Numbered from the stretch's first letter, positions 49,821 to 59,653 are shown. The stretch is 64,000 bases of DNA from Pseudomonadota bacterium (GCA_029550345.1 JAKPHK010000076.1:724-64723), one strand, 5' to 3'. Numbers and translations are program-made. Notes: generated from the letters alone by a model not told the origin.

Positions 49821-50501
49821 CTAGCCCCTTCGCGTCCGCCACCAGCGGGTCACGGCGTGGATCGCCATCGCCAGCCAACCGAGCGCAATCAGCTGGGTCG
49901 AAAGCGGGGCGATGCCGTACGGATCGAGCATTCCTGGCACCAGCATGATCGGCGCGGGCACGCACAAAGCGGCAAGTATCCAGCGGCGCAGACGCACAAA
50001 GGCCCAGGCCGCGCCGGCGCAGCTGAGGGCCAGAAGGCCGAATTTGGTCCAGACCGCAAAGGGCAGGACGGCCATTTCATTGAGCGGATCTGCCATGTCC
50101 GCGACCATCCGGAACATCAGCCAGTTTTCCGCCGCATCCGCCACGGCCGCGACGATGCCCATCCACCCGAACAGACGCCACGATGCGGACCCCAATTCCT
50201 TTGCGATCCCGAAAAAGAAGCTGAGCGTCAGCAAGCCATAAGCTGGCATCAGCAGGTAATCGATGGTGTTGCCGGTGTTCATCCCGGCGATCCGCACAGC
50301 CTGCGCCGGATCGCCCGGAGCGCCAAAAATGTTGACGAGATGCTGCGGGGTCGAAGCCAGCTCAAGCAACAGCACCGGCCGGATCGAGCTGCCCTCAAGC
50401 GGCACGGCCAGCTGCTGCGGGAAATAGCCCATCATGACCAGCAGAATGCCGATCGCGGCAGCGAACAGCAGCGCCGTCAGGCGGTGATCACCGATCCGCA
50501 C
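49821..50501 (-). CDS. Hypothetical integral membrane protein
   Basis: 226 aa, several TM segments, D..LMPAY and ADAAEN motifs; tightly packed between moxR and the VWA gene. Confidence 0.75.
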   Translation of the reverse strand: MRIGDHRLTALLFAAAIGILLVMMGYFPQQLAVPLEGSSIRPVLLLELASTPQHLVNIFGAPGDPAQAVRIAGMNTGNTIDYLLMPAYGLLTLSFFFGIAKELGSASWRLFGWMGIVAAVADAAENWLMFRMVADMADPLNEMAVLPFAVWTKFGLLALSCAGAAWAFVRLRRWILAALCVPAPIMLVPGMLDPYGIAPLSTQLIALGWLAMAIHAVTRWWRTRRG

Positions 50502-50503
50502 GA

Positions 50504-51346
50504 TCAGTTCTGCCGGCGCGCCATAAAGGCCAGACGTTCGAACAGCATCACGTCCTGCTCGTTCTTGAGCAGCGCGCCGTGCAGCGGCGGGATTGCCTTG
50601 GTCGGGTCCTTCTGCTGGAGCACTTCCAGCGGCATATCCTCATTCAGGAGCAGCTTGAGCCAATCGAGCAGTTCGCTGGTGCTGGGCTTCTTCTTGAGGC
50701 CGGGTACGTCACGGACTTCATAAAAGATGTCCATCGCCTTGCCGACTAGCGCCTTCTGGATGCCCGGGAAGTGCACGTCGATGATCGACTGCATCGTCTC
50801 ACGATCAGGGAACTTGATATAATGGAAAAAGCAGCGGCGCAGGAAAGCGTCGGGCAGTTCCTTTTCGTTGTTCGAGGTGATGACAACGATCGGGCGCTCC
50901 TTGGCGGCGATCCGTTCGCGCGTTTCGTACACGTCGAAGCTCATCCGATCGAGTTCCTGCAGCAGATCGTTTGGAAACTCGATGTCAGCCTTGTCGATTT
51001 CATCGATCAGCAGCACCGGTAGCTGGGGTGAGGTGAAGGCCTCCCACAGTTTGCCCTTCTTGATGTAGTTGGCGATGTCGTGGACCCGTTCGTCACCCAG
51101 CTGGCCGTCGCGCAGACGGGCAACCGCATCGTATTCGTAAAGCCCCTGCTGGGCCTTGGTGGTGGACTTGACGTTCCATTCGATCAGCGGGGCGCCGGTG
51201 GCCTTCGCGATTTCGTGGGCCAGCACGGTCTTGCCGGTGCCGGGTTCCCCTTTGACCAGCAGTGGGCGGCGCAAAAGTACGGCGGCATTCACCGCCACTT
51301 TGAGATCATCGGTTGCGACGTAGTTGCTGGTGCCTTCGAAACGCAT
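50504..51346 (-). CDS. MoxR-family AAA+ ATPase
   Basis: GEPGTGKT, LLIDEIDKAD, TSNNEKELPDAFLRRC. Confidence 0.95.
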   Translation of the reverse strand: MRFEGTSNYVATDDLKVAVNAAVLLRRPLLVKGEPGTGKTVLAHEIAKATGAPLIEWNVKSTTKAQQGLYEYDAVARLRDGQLGDERVHDIANYIKKGKLWEAFTSPQLPVLLIDEIDKADIEFPNDLLQELDRMSFDVYETRERIAAKERPIVVITSNNEKELPDAFLRRCFFHYIKFPDRETMQSIIDVHFPGIQKALVGKAMDIFYEVRDVPGLKKKPSTSELLDWLKLLLNEDMPLEVLQQKDPTKAIPPLHGALLKNEQDVMLFERLAFMARRQN

Positions 51347-51364
51347 GGAAACTCCCCGGAAATC

Positions 51365-51380
51365 TTAACCGCTTGATTAA
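51365..51380. promoter_or_regulatory. Operator candidate TTAACCGCTTGATTAA
   Basis: 13/16 identical to the 1930-1945 palindrome; 18 bp from the moxR start. Confidence 0.45.
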
Positions 51381-51611
51381 GGAATAGGGGAGGCGACGAA
51401 AGCTGACAAGCGGCAATCCGCAGGGCGATGTCCCGGGGCATCACGCCCGGAAAGATCGCGGGCGTCGCACTGAAAGCGCGACGCCCGTTTCCCCTTCGTC
51501 ACTCCGACCCAGCCATTGTTTGGCCTGTTAAGCGACCCAAAGGACTCCGGTTGCGAATTACCTAGCGTCAATCGCCGATCAGAAATATAAAAAAGTTTAC
51601 TTTTGGAGCAG

Positions 51612-52277
51612 ATGCCCATGGTAACCGTCGCAGGAGAAGCTCTGCTCACCCAACTTTCGCCGGAATCGCGCGCGGTTCTGCGGTCCCTGGGCAAACGGCA
51701 TGACTATGAGGACGGCGCGCTGATCCATAGCCGCGGCGATACCGGTCATGGCATGAAGATCGTCATCAAGGGGGCGGTCCGGTTATGCCTTACAAAACCC
51801 GATGGCGGCCACACGTTCATCAGTAACATATTGCCCGGACAGCATTTTGGGGATGTCGTGATGTTTCGCGGCGGGGTGCGGACCCACGATGCCTATGCGA
51901 TCGGCAGGACGGTGATTGACCATTACGACAAGGCCGCATTCGACAAGCTGCTCGCCCACCCGGAACTGGTCTCTGCGCTCTATCGCATAACCGCGCTGCG
52001 GCTTGACGGCGCAATGGCGATGAATGACGATCTGCGCGGTCTTGCGCGCGAAGTGCACCTTGCCAAGGTCCTGCTCAGCCAATGGCGCAGCAATGGGCGC
52101 AAGACGGAAATTGCCTGCCTGCAGGAAGACCTTGCGGGGATGCTGGGCATATCGAACATGACCCTGTCCAAATGCCTCGGCAAGCTCCGCGATCTGGGCT
52201 TTGTCGAAACGCGCTACCGCGCCATCCTGCTGCGCGATCCGGTGGCCATGCGGGCCTGGCTGCAAAGCCATTCCTGA
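51612..52277 (+). CDS. Crp/Fnr-family transcriptional regulator
   Basis: cNMP-like domain (GAV, PGQHFGD, RTHDA) and HTH QEDLAGMLGIS; start 51612 or 51618. Confidence 0.88.
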   Translation: MPMVTVAGEALLTQLSPESRAVLRSLGKRHDYEDGALIHSRGDTGHGMKIVIKGAVRLCLTKPDGGHTFISNILPGQHFGDVVMFRGGVRTHDAYAIGRTVIDHYDKAAFDKLLAHPELVSALYRITALRLDGAMAMNDDLRGLAREVHLAKVLLSQWRSNGRKTEIACLQEDLAGMLGISNMTLSKCLGKLRDLGFVETRYRAILLRDPVAMRAWLQSHS

Positions 52278-52299
52278 CCTGGGCGACGATCCGATCTGG

Positions 52300-53892
52300 T
52301 CATTGGTCTGAAATGGTAAAGTGCAGGGTGATCATCGCGCCCGATGCCATCGGCAGCACGAACACCGGCGAACCATCGCGCATTTCCCATGCCCGATCAG
52401 ATTCGATGATTTTCCAGCCACCACCGGTTGGGACCTTCAGCTCAAACATGATCGCCTGCGGGCTGGCGTTTGAAATTTCAACTTCGGCCCATTGTTTGCG
52501 GCCCTCGCGCCGCAGCGTCCTGCGCACGACGGTGACATCCGGCGAAAAACCGGCAGCCAGCTCGATCTTCTCATCCTCGGCCGTATCGCGCAGGTCAGGT
52601 TCTGCGATGCGCATCGCCAAACCGAATTGCTGCTGCTGGATCAGGAAGGCACCGGCCGGAAGCGGCAGGCCAAGGTTGTTCTTCTTGTCATTGCGAGTGC
52701 GCAGCAACACCTGGGTATTGGGGCGTTCTTCTCCGCCATAGGAGAGGCCGGAAACCCCGGCGGTGTGGATCCGGTCAAACGGCACCCCGCGTTGCTCGAC
52801 AAGGCGTGTCTGCTTCATCTGCATGGCGGCAACGGTTGTCCGCTGCGGCACGCGGTACAGTTTCAGATCGCCCAGTTGCTCGGGCGGCGGAGGAGGGGGC
52901 GGGGGCGGGGGCGGCGCCATCGGCGCCGGCACCGCCATATAGACAGACCTGTCCCGGCGCTGGGCAGTCACAACGATGCCATCGGATTCTTCAAGATCTC
53001 CGAAATCGTCTTCAATGTAGGGACTGACCAGCTGATAGGGCCGCCCTGGCTTGAGCGGCACCTGGTGAGTGCGCTGATTGGGCCAGCATTTCGCCACAAC
53101 CTGCGGCTGGTTGTTGAAGAACTTGCGGACATAGGAACGATTCAGCCCGCCGGCGACAATCTGGGTGCGCGCATTGGTGAGCGAAATCGAGTTCCCGTTG
53201 GCCAGGGTAATCCAGCCGCCGATGTCCATTGTCTTACCGTCGGGATTGATCTGGGCGGTATAGCTGGCGCTCCAGTCAAAACCTTCCGCAATGTAGGTCA
53301 GGGTGACGGTGGCGGTGATTTCCCTGCTGCTGTTGGTCAGCACGGAAAGCGTTGGCTTGGCGGAAAGGCCTTCGGTTCCACCGGTGTAGCGGAACGTCTC
53401 GGGCATTCCGGTGCAGCGCAGACTTTCGGTTCCGCTGGCGGTCTTGAAGACAACGCCGTCCTGGCTGGCGGATACGATTTCCGCGGTTACCAGAACCGGT
53501 TTGCCGGTGCGCGGATCGGTCCGCTTCAGCGTAACGGTCTTGCCGCGCACCGCCCGGATCAGGGACGATGGGGAGAGCAGAGCGGCATCGCGGTTCTTTT
53601 CCAGCACGCCGCCGGGCAGGCCGGTGATGATCGCGCTTTCGGGCAGAATCCCGTCAACCACCCCTTCGAAACGCAGGCGGCTGCGCCCCGCCGGGATCCG
53701 GACAGTCCGCGTTTCCATCACAACCGCGAACCCGCCGAGCGAATCCAGCCGGAGCGATCCACCGTTGCGCCAGGGCGCGCGATAGATTGTCACCGATACG
53801 TCGGTTGGGGCGGACGCCGCAATCTCTCGCTGCTGGGCCTGCGCGGGAAGCGCGGAACCCAGCAAGGCCAGCAATGCGAGCAGCCAGCGCAT
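52300..53892 (-). CDS. DUF4139 domain-containing secreted protein
   Basis: Signal peptide MRWLLALL..AQA; VSVTIYR, LTY...GFDWSASY, EQLGDLKLY, LGLPLPAG; Pro11 run. Confidence 0.88.
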   Translation of the reverse strand: MRWLLALLALLGSALPAQAQQREIAASAPTDVSVTIYRAPWRNGGSLRLDSLGGFAVVMETRTVRIPAGRSRLRFEGVVDGILPESAIITGLPGGVLEKNRDAALLSPSSLIRAVRGKTVTLKRTDPRTGKPVLVTAEIVSASQDGVVFKTASGTESLRCTGMPETFRYTGGTEGLSAKPTLSVLTNSSREITATVTLTYIAEGFDWSASYTAQINPDGKTMDIGGWITLANGNSISLTNARTQIVAGGLNRSYVRKFFNNQPQVVAKCWPNQRTHQVPLKPGRPYQLVSPYIEDDFGDLEESDGIVVTAQRRDRSVYMAVPAPMAPPPPPPPPPPPEQLGDLKLYRVPQRTTVAAMQMKQTRLVEQRGVPFDRIHTAGVSGLSYGGEERPNTQVLLRTRNDKKNNLGLPLPAGAFLIQQQQFGLAMRIAEPDLRDTAEDEKIELAAGFSPDVTVVRRTLRREGRKQWAEVEISNASPQAIMFELKVPTGGGWKIIESDRAWEMRDGSPVFVLPMASGAMITLHFTISDQ

Positions 53893-53903
53893 CGGCGCGG
53901 CCT

Positions 53904-54174
53904 TAGAGCGCTTTTCGACCATTCCGGGTCGCCCTGATTGCGACAGGAAGTCCGCTGGCAAGGCGTAGCGCGTGGCAGGGGCTGGTTGCCCCTGCAAGCG
54001 ATGCAACGCTGTCCAGCGGACTTCCTGTCGCAACCCCGAAGTGGCGGGCTGAATTTGGCCTGTCACGGCGTCGCTCGTCGGTCACTATGCAACGGCATGG
54101 CTCTCTCCTCACTTCTTGCGACAGGCCAAATTCAGCTCCGTCAGGGCGATCCGGAATGGTCGAAAAGCGCTCTA
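53904..54174. mobile_element. MITE with TA target duplication
   Basis: 34-bp inverted ends TAGAGCGCTTTTCGACCATTCCGG(G/A)TCGCCCTGA (33/34 match), internal hairpins, no transposase. Confidence 0.85.
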
Positions 54175-55530
54175 GTAGCGGGTGTCGAAAGTGGCGGTCA
54201 CTTCGGCCTTGCCGTTGGCCGGCACGGTTACCGACCAGACCGCGGTATCGGCATCACGCCGTTCGCTCTTCTGGCTTTCATCGACGATCCGCACATCGCC
54301 CCACAGTCCGCCCTGGATCACCCGCACGGTTACCGGCTTGGGCAGCGCATTGGTGACGGTATAGCGCATCGCGGTTTTCCAGCGGGTGCTGTTCACCCGG
54401 GTGCGGCTCTCGACGACCGGCTGGACCTTCACGTCAAAGGCTTGTCCGGTGCTGACCGACAGTTTTGAACCCATCGGGGTGTGGCCGATCGCGCTTTCCC
54501 CGATGAACTGGGCCTGCCCGCGCGAATCGCGGATGTAGAACCGCACGATCCCGGCCGGCAGCTGATCACCAAGCCCGCCCTTGGCCGAATTGGAGAACTG
54601 ATAGACCGTATTGGCGCTAATCGGCGTGGTGGAGGTCTGCATCCAGCCGAAGCGCGCCTCATAGCCGTGCTGTGCCGGGGCGCCGTGGACGTCGAGGAAG
54701 CTGACCTGCTTGGTCTGCAGGTTGGCGATCGTGGTGCGCTCTGCCAGCGGATAGAGGTAGTAATCGCCCAGTCGTTCACGGTCACCGCTTTCGGTCCCGG
54801 CATCGACCATGCCTGGATTGCCGCGATAGTTGTTCTGGCCGATCATCTGCGGCGTACCTGCCACTAGCACCGTGCGGGCATTGTCATAGGTCGTGCCCGA
54901 ATTGTTGGTCAGGGTGATCCATCCCTGCACGTCGATCGTGCCCTGCTTGTCATCATAGAGCGCGACGTAATCGGCCCGCCAGCCAAGCCCCGGGGTGAGA
55001 TAGCGCAGCGCCGCCTCGCGCTTGCCGGGATTGCCCTGAAGCGTGATCGACAGCGTGGGATCGGCCCGCATGTTGGGCGGCACCCGATCAAAGATCACCC
55101 GCACCGGCAGGCCATCGTCGCGCAGTACCTCGATCCGATTGCCGATTTGCAGTACCACGCCGCCATTCGCGGCCAGGACCACCGCCTGCTCGCGCGTTTC
55201 GGCGCCGGTTGCGGGGTTGGTGCGTACCAGGGTGATTGTCTGGCCAACCGCGTTTTCCATGATCTTGGCCGGGCTGAGCAGATCGTAATCGAAGTTCTGC
55301 TCGATGATGTGCATATCGGTCGCCGCAAGGCTGGCGGTTTCCGCCCGGATCTGAGCTGAAACCCCCTTGAACTCAACCTTCTGGGGTGCCCCGGTGAAGG
55401 TAATCTCGCGGGTATCCTGCACCAGCGCCTGATTGTCGGCATAGATCGTGATGTCGATCCCGGGGTCGGCGGAGGCGGCGGTTGCCAGAGTGATGAGCGA
55501 AGCAGCAGCAATCAATGGCAAGCGCGGCAT
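54172..55530 (-). CDS. DUF4139 domain-containing secreted protein
   Basis: Signal peptide; ITIY...ALVQD.R, EQNFDYDLLSP, YLTPGLGWRADY, ERLGDYYLY, LPAGIVR. Confidence 0.9.
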   Translation of the reverse strand: MPRLPLIAAASLITLATAASADPGIDITIYADNQALVQDTREITFTGAPQKVEFKGVSAQIRAETASLAATDMHIIEQNFDYDLLSPAKIMENAVGQTITLVRTNPATGAETREQAVVLAANGGVVLQIGNRIEVLRDDGLPVRVIFDRVPPNMRADPTLSITLQGNPGKREAALRYLTPGLGWRADYVALYDDKQGTIDVQGWITLTNNSGTTYDNARTVLVAGTPQMIGQNNYRGNPGMVDAGTESGDRERLGDYYLYPLAERTTIANLQTKQVSFLDVHGAPAQHGYEARFGWMQTSTTPISANTVYQFSNSAKGGLGDQLPAGIVRFYIRDSRGQAQFIGESAIGHTPMGSKLSVSTGQAFDVKVQPVVESRTRVNSTRWKTAMRYTVTNALPKPVTVRVIQGGLWGDVRIVDESQKSERRDADTAVWSVTVPANGKAEVTATFDTRY

Positions 55531-55595
55531 GGACAATCCCCTCTTCATCAGAGTGATACTCTGTAACTTCGAAATCTGTCAGTGCAATGAATGCC

Positions 55596-57581
55596 TCACG
55601 CGTCGATCAGATCGCGGTCAACATCGCCCGCGCGGTTCTGGATGAACATGAAGCGCTGCGCCGGATCGCGGCCCATCAGCCGGTCAACCAGTTCCTTCAC
55701 CGCCGCGCGGCCTTCGTATTCGGGGGGCAGGGTCACGCGCAGCAGGCTGCGTTTGGCCGGGTCCATGGTGGTTTCGCGCAGCTGCTGGGGGTTCATCTCC
55801 CCCAGACCCTTGAACCGCCCAACTTCAACCTTCTTGCCCTTGAACCGCGTTTCTTCCAGTTCGGCACGGTGGGCGTCGTCGCGGGCATAGGCGCTCTCCT
55901 TGCCCGCGGTCAGGCGGTAGAGCGGCGGTTGGGCGAGATAGAGGTGCCCGCGCCGGACCACTTCCGGCATTTCCTGAAAAAAGAACGTCATCAGCAAGGT
56001 CGCGATATGTGCGCCATCGACGTCCGCGTCGGTCATGATGATGATCCGGTCATAGCGCAGATTGTCCGGATTGCAGTCCTTGCGCATGCCGCAGCCGAGC
56101 GCGAGCGAGAGATCGCCGATTTCGCTGTTAGCGCGGATCTTGTCCGCCGTGGCGCTGGCGACGTTCAGGATCTTGCCGCGGATGGGCAGGATCGCCTGGC
56201 TCTTGCGGTCACGCGCCTGCTTGGCTGAGCCGCCGGCGCTGTCGCCCTCAACGATGAACAGCTCGGTTTCGAGATCGCCTTCGCCGGTGCAGTCGGTCAG
56301 CTTGCCCGGCAGGCGGACCTTCTTGGCGTTGGTCGCGGTCTTGCGCTTGACCTCACGCTCGGCCTTGCGACGCAGGCGCTCGTCCATTCGCTCCATCACC
56401 GCACCCAGCAGCGCCTTGCCGCGCTCCATGTTCTCGGTCAGGAAATGGTCGAAGTGATCGCGCACCGCGTTTTCGACCAGACGCGCAGCCTCGGGGCTGG
56501 TCAGACGGTCCTTGGTCTGGCTCTGGAACTGGGGGTCACGGATGAAGACCGAGAGCATGACCTCGCTGCCGGTGACGACGTCCTCGGGCGAAATGTCCTT
56601 GGCCTTCTTCTGGCCGACCAGTTCGCCGAAGGCGCGAATGCCCTTGGTCAGCGCCGCGCGCAGGCCCTGTTCATGGGTCCCGCCATCAGGCGTCGGGATG
56701 GTGTTGCAGTACCAGGAATAGGAACCGTCAGACCACAGCGGCCAGGCCACAGCCCATTCAACCCGGCCCTGCTGTTCACCGGGAAAGTCCTGGGTTCCGG
56801 AAAAGAACTGGCTGGTCACGCATTCGCGCGCGCCGATCTGTTCCTTGAGGTGATCCGCCAGCCCTCCGGGGAACTGAAACACGGCCTCTGCCGGAACATC
56901 CTCGCTGGCAAGCGCGGCGGCACATTTCCAGCGGATCTCTACCCCGGCAAAGAGGTAGGCCTTTGACCGGACGAGCTTGAACAGCCGGGCCGGCTTGAAC
57001 CGGGCGTCTTCGCCGAAGATTTCGGGATCGGGAACAAAGGTCACCGCAGTACCGCGCCGGTTGGGCGTTCCACCCAGGTGCTGCAACGGCCCGAGCGGCA
57101 CCCCGCGCGAAAATTCCTGCGCGTAAAGCTCCTTGTTGCGGGCCACTTCGATCCGGGTCAGGGTCGAAAGGGCATTGACCACCGAAACGCCGACCCCGTG
57201 CAGACCGCCCGAAGTGGCATAGGCCTTGCCCGAGAACTTGCCGCCAGAATGCAGCGTGGTCAGGATCACCTCCAGCGCCGATTTGCCGGGATATTTGGGA
57301 TGCTCATCAACCGGGATGCCGCGCCCGTTATCTGTGATGGTCAGGCGGTTGCTTTCCTCAAGCGTGACCTCGATCCGGTTGGCGTGCCCGGCGACAGCTT
57401 CGTCCATCGCGTTGTCGAGCACTTCGGCGGCCAGGTGGTGGAAGGCGCGTTCATCGGTGCCGCCGATGTACATCCCGGGCCGACGCCGGACAGGCTCCAG
57501 CCCCTCCAGCACCTCGATCGCGCTGCCGTCATAGGATTCGCCGGAACCGGCGGGCAATTTGTCAAACAGATCATCGGACAT
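55596..57581 (-). CDS. parE: DNA topoisomerase IV subunit B
   Basis: EVLDNAMDEAVAG, GGLHGVG, VEGDSAGG, PIRGKILN, TDADVDGAHI, RFKGLGEM; lacks the GyrB insertion. Confidence 0.95.
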   Translation of the reverse strand: MSDDLFDKLPAGSGESYDGSAIEVLEGLEPVRRRPGMYIGGTDERAFHHLAAEVLDNAMDEAVAGHANRIEVTLEESNRLTITDNGRGIPVDEHPKYPGKSALEVILTTLHSGGKFSGKAYATSGGLHGVGVSVVNALSTLTRIEVARNKELYAQEFSRGVPLGPLQHLGGTPNRRGTAVTFVPDPEIFGEDARFKPARLFKLVRSKAYLFAGVEIRWKCAAALASEDVPAEAVFQFPGGLADHLKEQIGARECVTSQFFSGTQDFPGEQQGRVEWAVAWPLWSDGSYSWYCNTIPTPDGGTHEQGLRAALTKGIRAFGELVGQKKAKDISPEDVVTGSEVMLSVFIRDPQFQSQTKDRLTSPEAARLVENAVRDHFDHFLTENMERGKALLGAVMERMDERLRRKAEREVKRKTATNAKKVRLPGKLTDCTGEGDLETELFIVEGDSAGGSAKQARDRKSQAILPIRGKILNVASATADKIRANSEIGDLSLALGCGMRKDCNPDNLRYDRIIIMTDADVDGAHIATLLMTFFFQEMPEVVRRGHLYLAQPPLYRLTAGKESAYARDDAHRAELEETRFKGKKVEVGRFKGLGEMNPQQLRETTMDPAKRSLLRVTLPPEYEGRAAVKELVDRLMGRDPAQRFMFIQNRAGDVDRDLIDA

Positions 57582-57637
57582 GGCGCTGCTATAGGCGGGC
57601 GGGATTCCGCCGCGCAAGCGCGCGCGCGCGGTTTTCG

Positions 57638-58786
57638 TCAGTCCACGAACTTCTCGGGCGCGGGGCTCAGCACCGTAACGCCGCCCGCCCGGGTTTCGCG
57701 AACCTCCAGCGCGCGTTCGCTGATCCCGGTCGAGTTGAACCGGAACGGTCCATCCAGACCCAGAAAGCCGCCGCTATCGACCAGTTTGCCCAGCGGAAAG
57801 GCGCTGCCGCCGCGCCAATCGCGCGCGATCCGCACGGTCAGCAGCACCGCATCGTAACCCAGTGTCGCCTGGCGATAGGGGGCAGCGCCGAACCGCGCCT
57901 TGTAACTGACGGTGAACTGGCGAAAGCGGCTGTCGGCAATTGCGGAATACCACGCGCCGCGCAGCACTGCCGCGCTCGCCTGCGGATCGCCGCTCCACTG
58001 ATCGGTGCCGAGGATCCGGGGTGTGACGGCTCGTGCCGATTTCAGGCGCGGCACGGCAATTGCGGCATAGCGCGGGGAATCCGCGATCAGCACAGCCTGA
58101 TAGCTGCCTTTGGATTTCAGCCGGGTCGTTGCGCCGATGATCGAGCTGTTGCCGCGATCATAGCTTTCGCTGGCCACCAGGGTGCCGCCAGCCGCCCGCA
58201 CTGTCGCGGCAAAGGCAGCGCTTGTCCGCGCGCCATATTCGGTCTTCGGCGCAAGCACGGCGAATTTGGAGATGCCCTTGGACCGGGCATAGGCCACGGT
58301 CCGTTCAAGCGAGTTCTCCAGGCTTGGTCCCATCGCGAACACATCGCGAGAGGCCACGGAAGGTTCGTTAGCGAAAGTGATCAGCGGCACTTTGGATGCG
58401 CGCGCCACCGATGCGACCGCGCCGACCTGATCGCCATCCAGCGGTCCCAGGATCAGCCGGTTGCCATCCTGCATCGCCTGCCTGGCGGCTGCAGCCGGTC
58501 CTGCGGCAGTGTCATAGGTGGTGATCCGGATTGTCTGGGCATTGGTATCAAGGATCGCCATATTGGCGGCATTGGCCACCGACTGGCCCATTGCGGCATT
58601 CGGTCCGGTCAGCGGCACCAGCAAGGCAACGCGGTGCCGGGCCTTATCCGGGGGCAGGTTGCTGCTCGGTTCGGGGGCGGGGGGCGTTCCTGTATCGGTG
58701 CCCTTCGGGATCACCTTGCACCCGGCCAGCAAGGCCACCCCGGCCAGCAGGACCAGGGTCCGCCGGTTCGTCCTTACTTCGATCAT
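57638..58786 (-). CDS. Penicillin-binding protein activator (LpoA/LppC-like) lipoprotein
   Basis: Lipobox LAGC; VALLVPLTG, ILGPL, LGYDAV, GF.GLDG.FRF; divergent from rsmI. Confidence 0.85.
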   Translation of the reverse strand: MIEVRTNRRTLVLLAGVALLAGCKVIPKGTDTGTPPAPEPSSNLPPDKARHRVALLVPLTGPNAAMGQSVANAANMAILDTNAQTIRITTYDTAAGPAAAARQAMQDGNRLILGPLDGDQVGAVASVARASKVPLITFANEPSVASRDVFAMGPSLENSLERTVAYARSKGISKFAVLAPKTEYGARTSAAFAATVRAAGGTLVASESYDRGNSSIIGATTRLKSKGSYQAVLIADSPRYAAIAVPRLKSARAVTPRILGTDQWSGDPQASAAVLRGAWYSAIADSRFRQFTVSYKARFGAAPYRQATLGYDAVLLTVRIARDWRGGSAFPLGKLVDSGGFLGLDGPFRFNSTGISERALEVRETRAGGVTVLSPAPEKFVD

Positions 58787-58825
58787 CGCTTGTCGCTCCC
58801 GTGTCGGCGGTCCATGGTAAGTCCG

Positions 58826-59653
58826 ATGGATCAAACGCTTGAACCCGGACTCTATATAGTCGCAACCCCGATTGGCAATCTGGGGGACCTTTCGCCGCGC
58901 GCGGCCACGGTGCTTCGTGCCGTAGCTGCGGTGGCCTGTGAAGACACCCGCGTCACCGGCAAACTGATGCACCATATCGGCCACAAGGCGCGCCTGATCC
59001 GCTATGACGATCACGCCAGCGATGCGACCCGCGATCACCTGCTTGATCTGGCCCGGCAGCACCCGGTTGCCCTGGTCAGCGATGCCGGCACGCCGCTGAT
59101 TTCAGATCCCGGTTACAAGCTGGTACGATTGGCGCGGGAACTGGGCATCGCGGTAACGTCGCTGCCCGGACCCAGCGCGGCGATCGTCGCCCTGACCCTG
59201 GCGGGGCTACCCAGCGACCGCTTTCTGTTCGGCGGCTTCCTCCCGTCCAAAGCCAAGGCGCGCGGCGAGGTGCTGGGCGAACTGGGCGCGGTAAAGGCAA
59301 CGCTGGTGTTTTATGAAACGGCCCCGCGCCTGATCGATACGCTGCAAGCGATCGCACAGCTGCTGCCGGGACGCGAAGTCGCCGTCGCCAGAGAGCTGAC
59401 CAAGCTGTTCGAGGAATGCCGGAGCGGCGACCCGGCAGAGATCATCAGCCATTACACCGCTCACCCGCCCAAGGGAGAGATCGTGCTGGTGATTGCCCCG
59501 CCGGGCGCGGTTCAGACCAGCGCCGATGATGCCGATGCGCTGCTGCGTGAGGCCCTGCAAAACCTGAAGCCCAGCCAGGCCGCAGCCGAGGTGGCCCGTG
59601 CCACCGGGCTGGACCGAAAGGCGCTCTATACCCGGGCGCTGGAGCTGAAGTGA
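58826..59653 (+). CDS. rsmI: 16S rRNA C1402 2'-O-methyltransferase
   Basis: LYIVATPIGNLGD, CEDTR, VSDAGTPLISDPG, RELTKLFEE. Confidence 0.96.
   Translation: MDQTLEPGLYIVATPIGNLGDLSPRAATVLRAVAAVACEDTRVTGKLMHHIGHKARLIRYDDHASDATRDHLLDLARQHPVALVSDAGTPLISDPGYKLVRLARELGIAVTSLPGPSAAIVALTLAGLPSDRFLFGGFLPSKAKARGEVLGELGAVKATLVFYETAPRLIDTLQAIAQLLPGREVAVARELTKLFEECRSGDPAEIISHYTAHPPKGEIVLVIAPPGAVQTSADDADALLREALQNLKPSQAAAEVARATGLDRKALYTRALELK

Noticed and set aside
52882-52914. G-quadruplex-like G-rich run
   Set aside because: Fully explained by eleven consecutive proline codons on the minus strand.
53893-54066. N-terminal extension of the DUF4139 gene
   Set aside because: It is the MITE read in an open frame; the signal peptide starts at ATG 53892.
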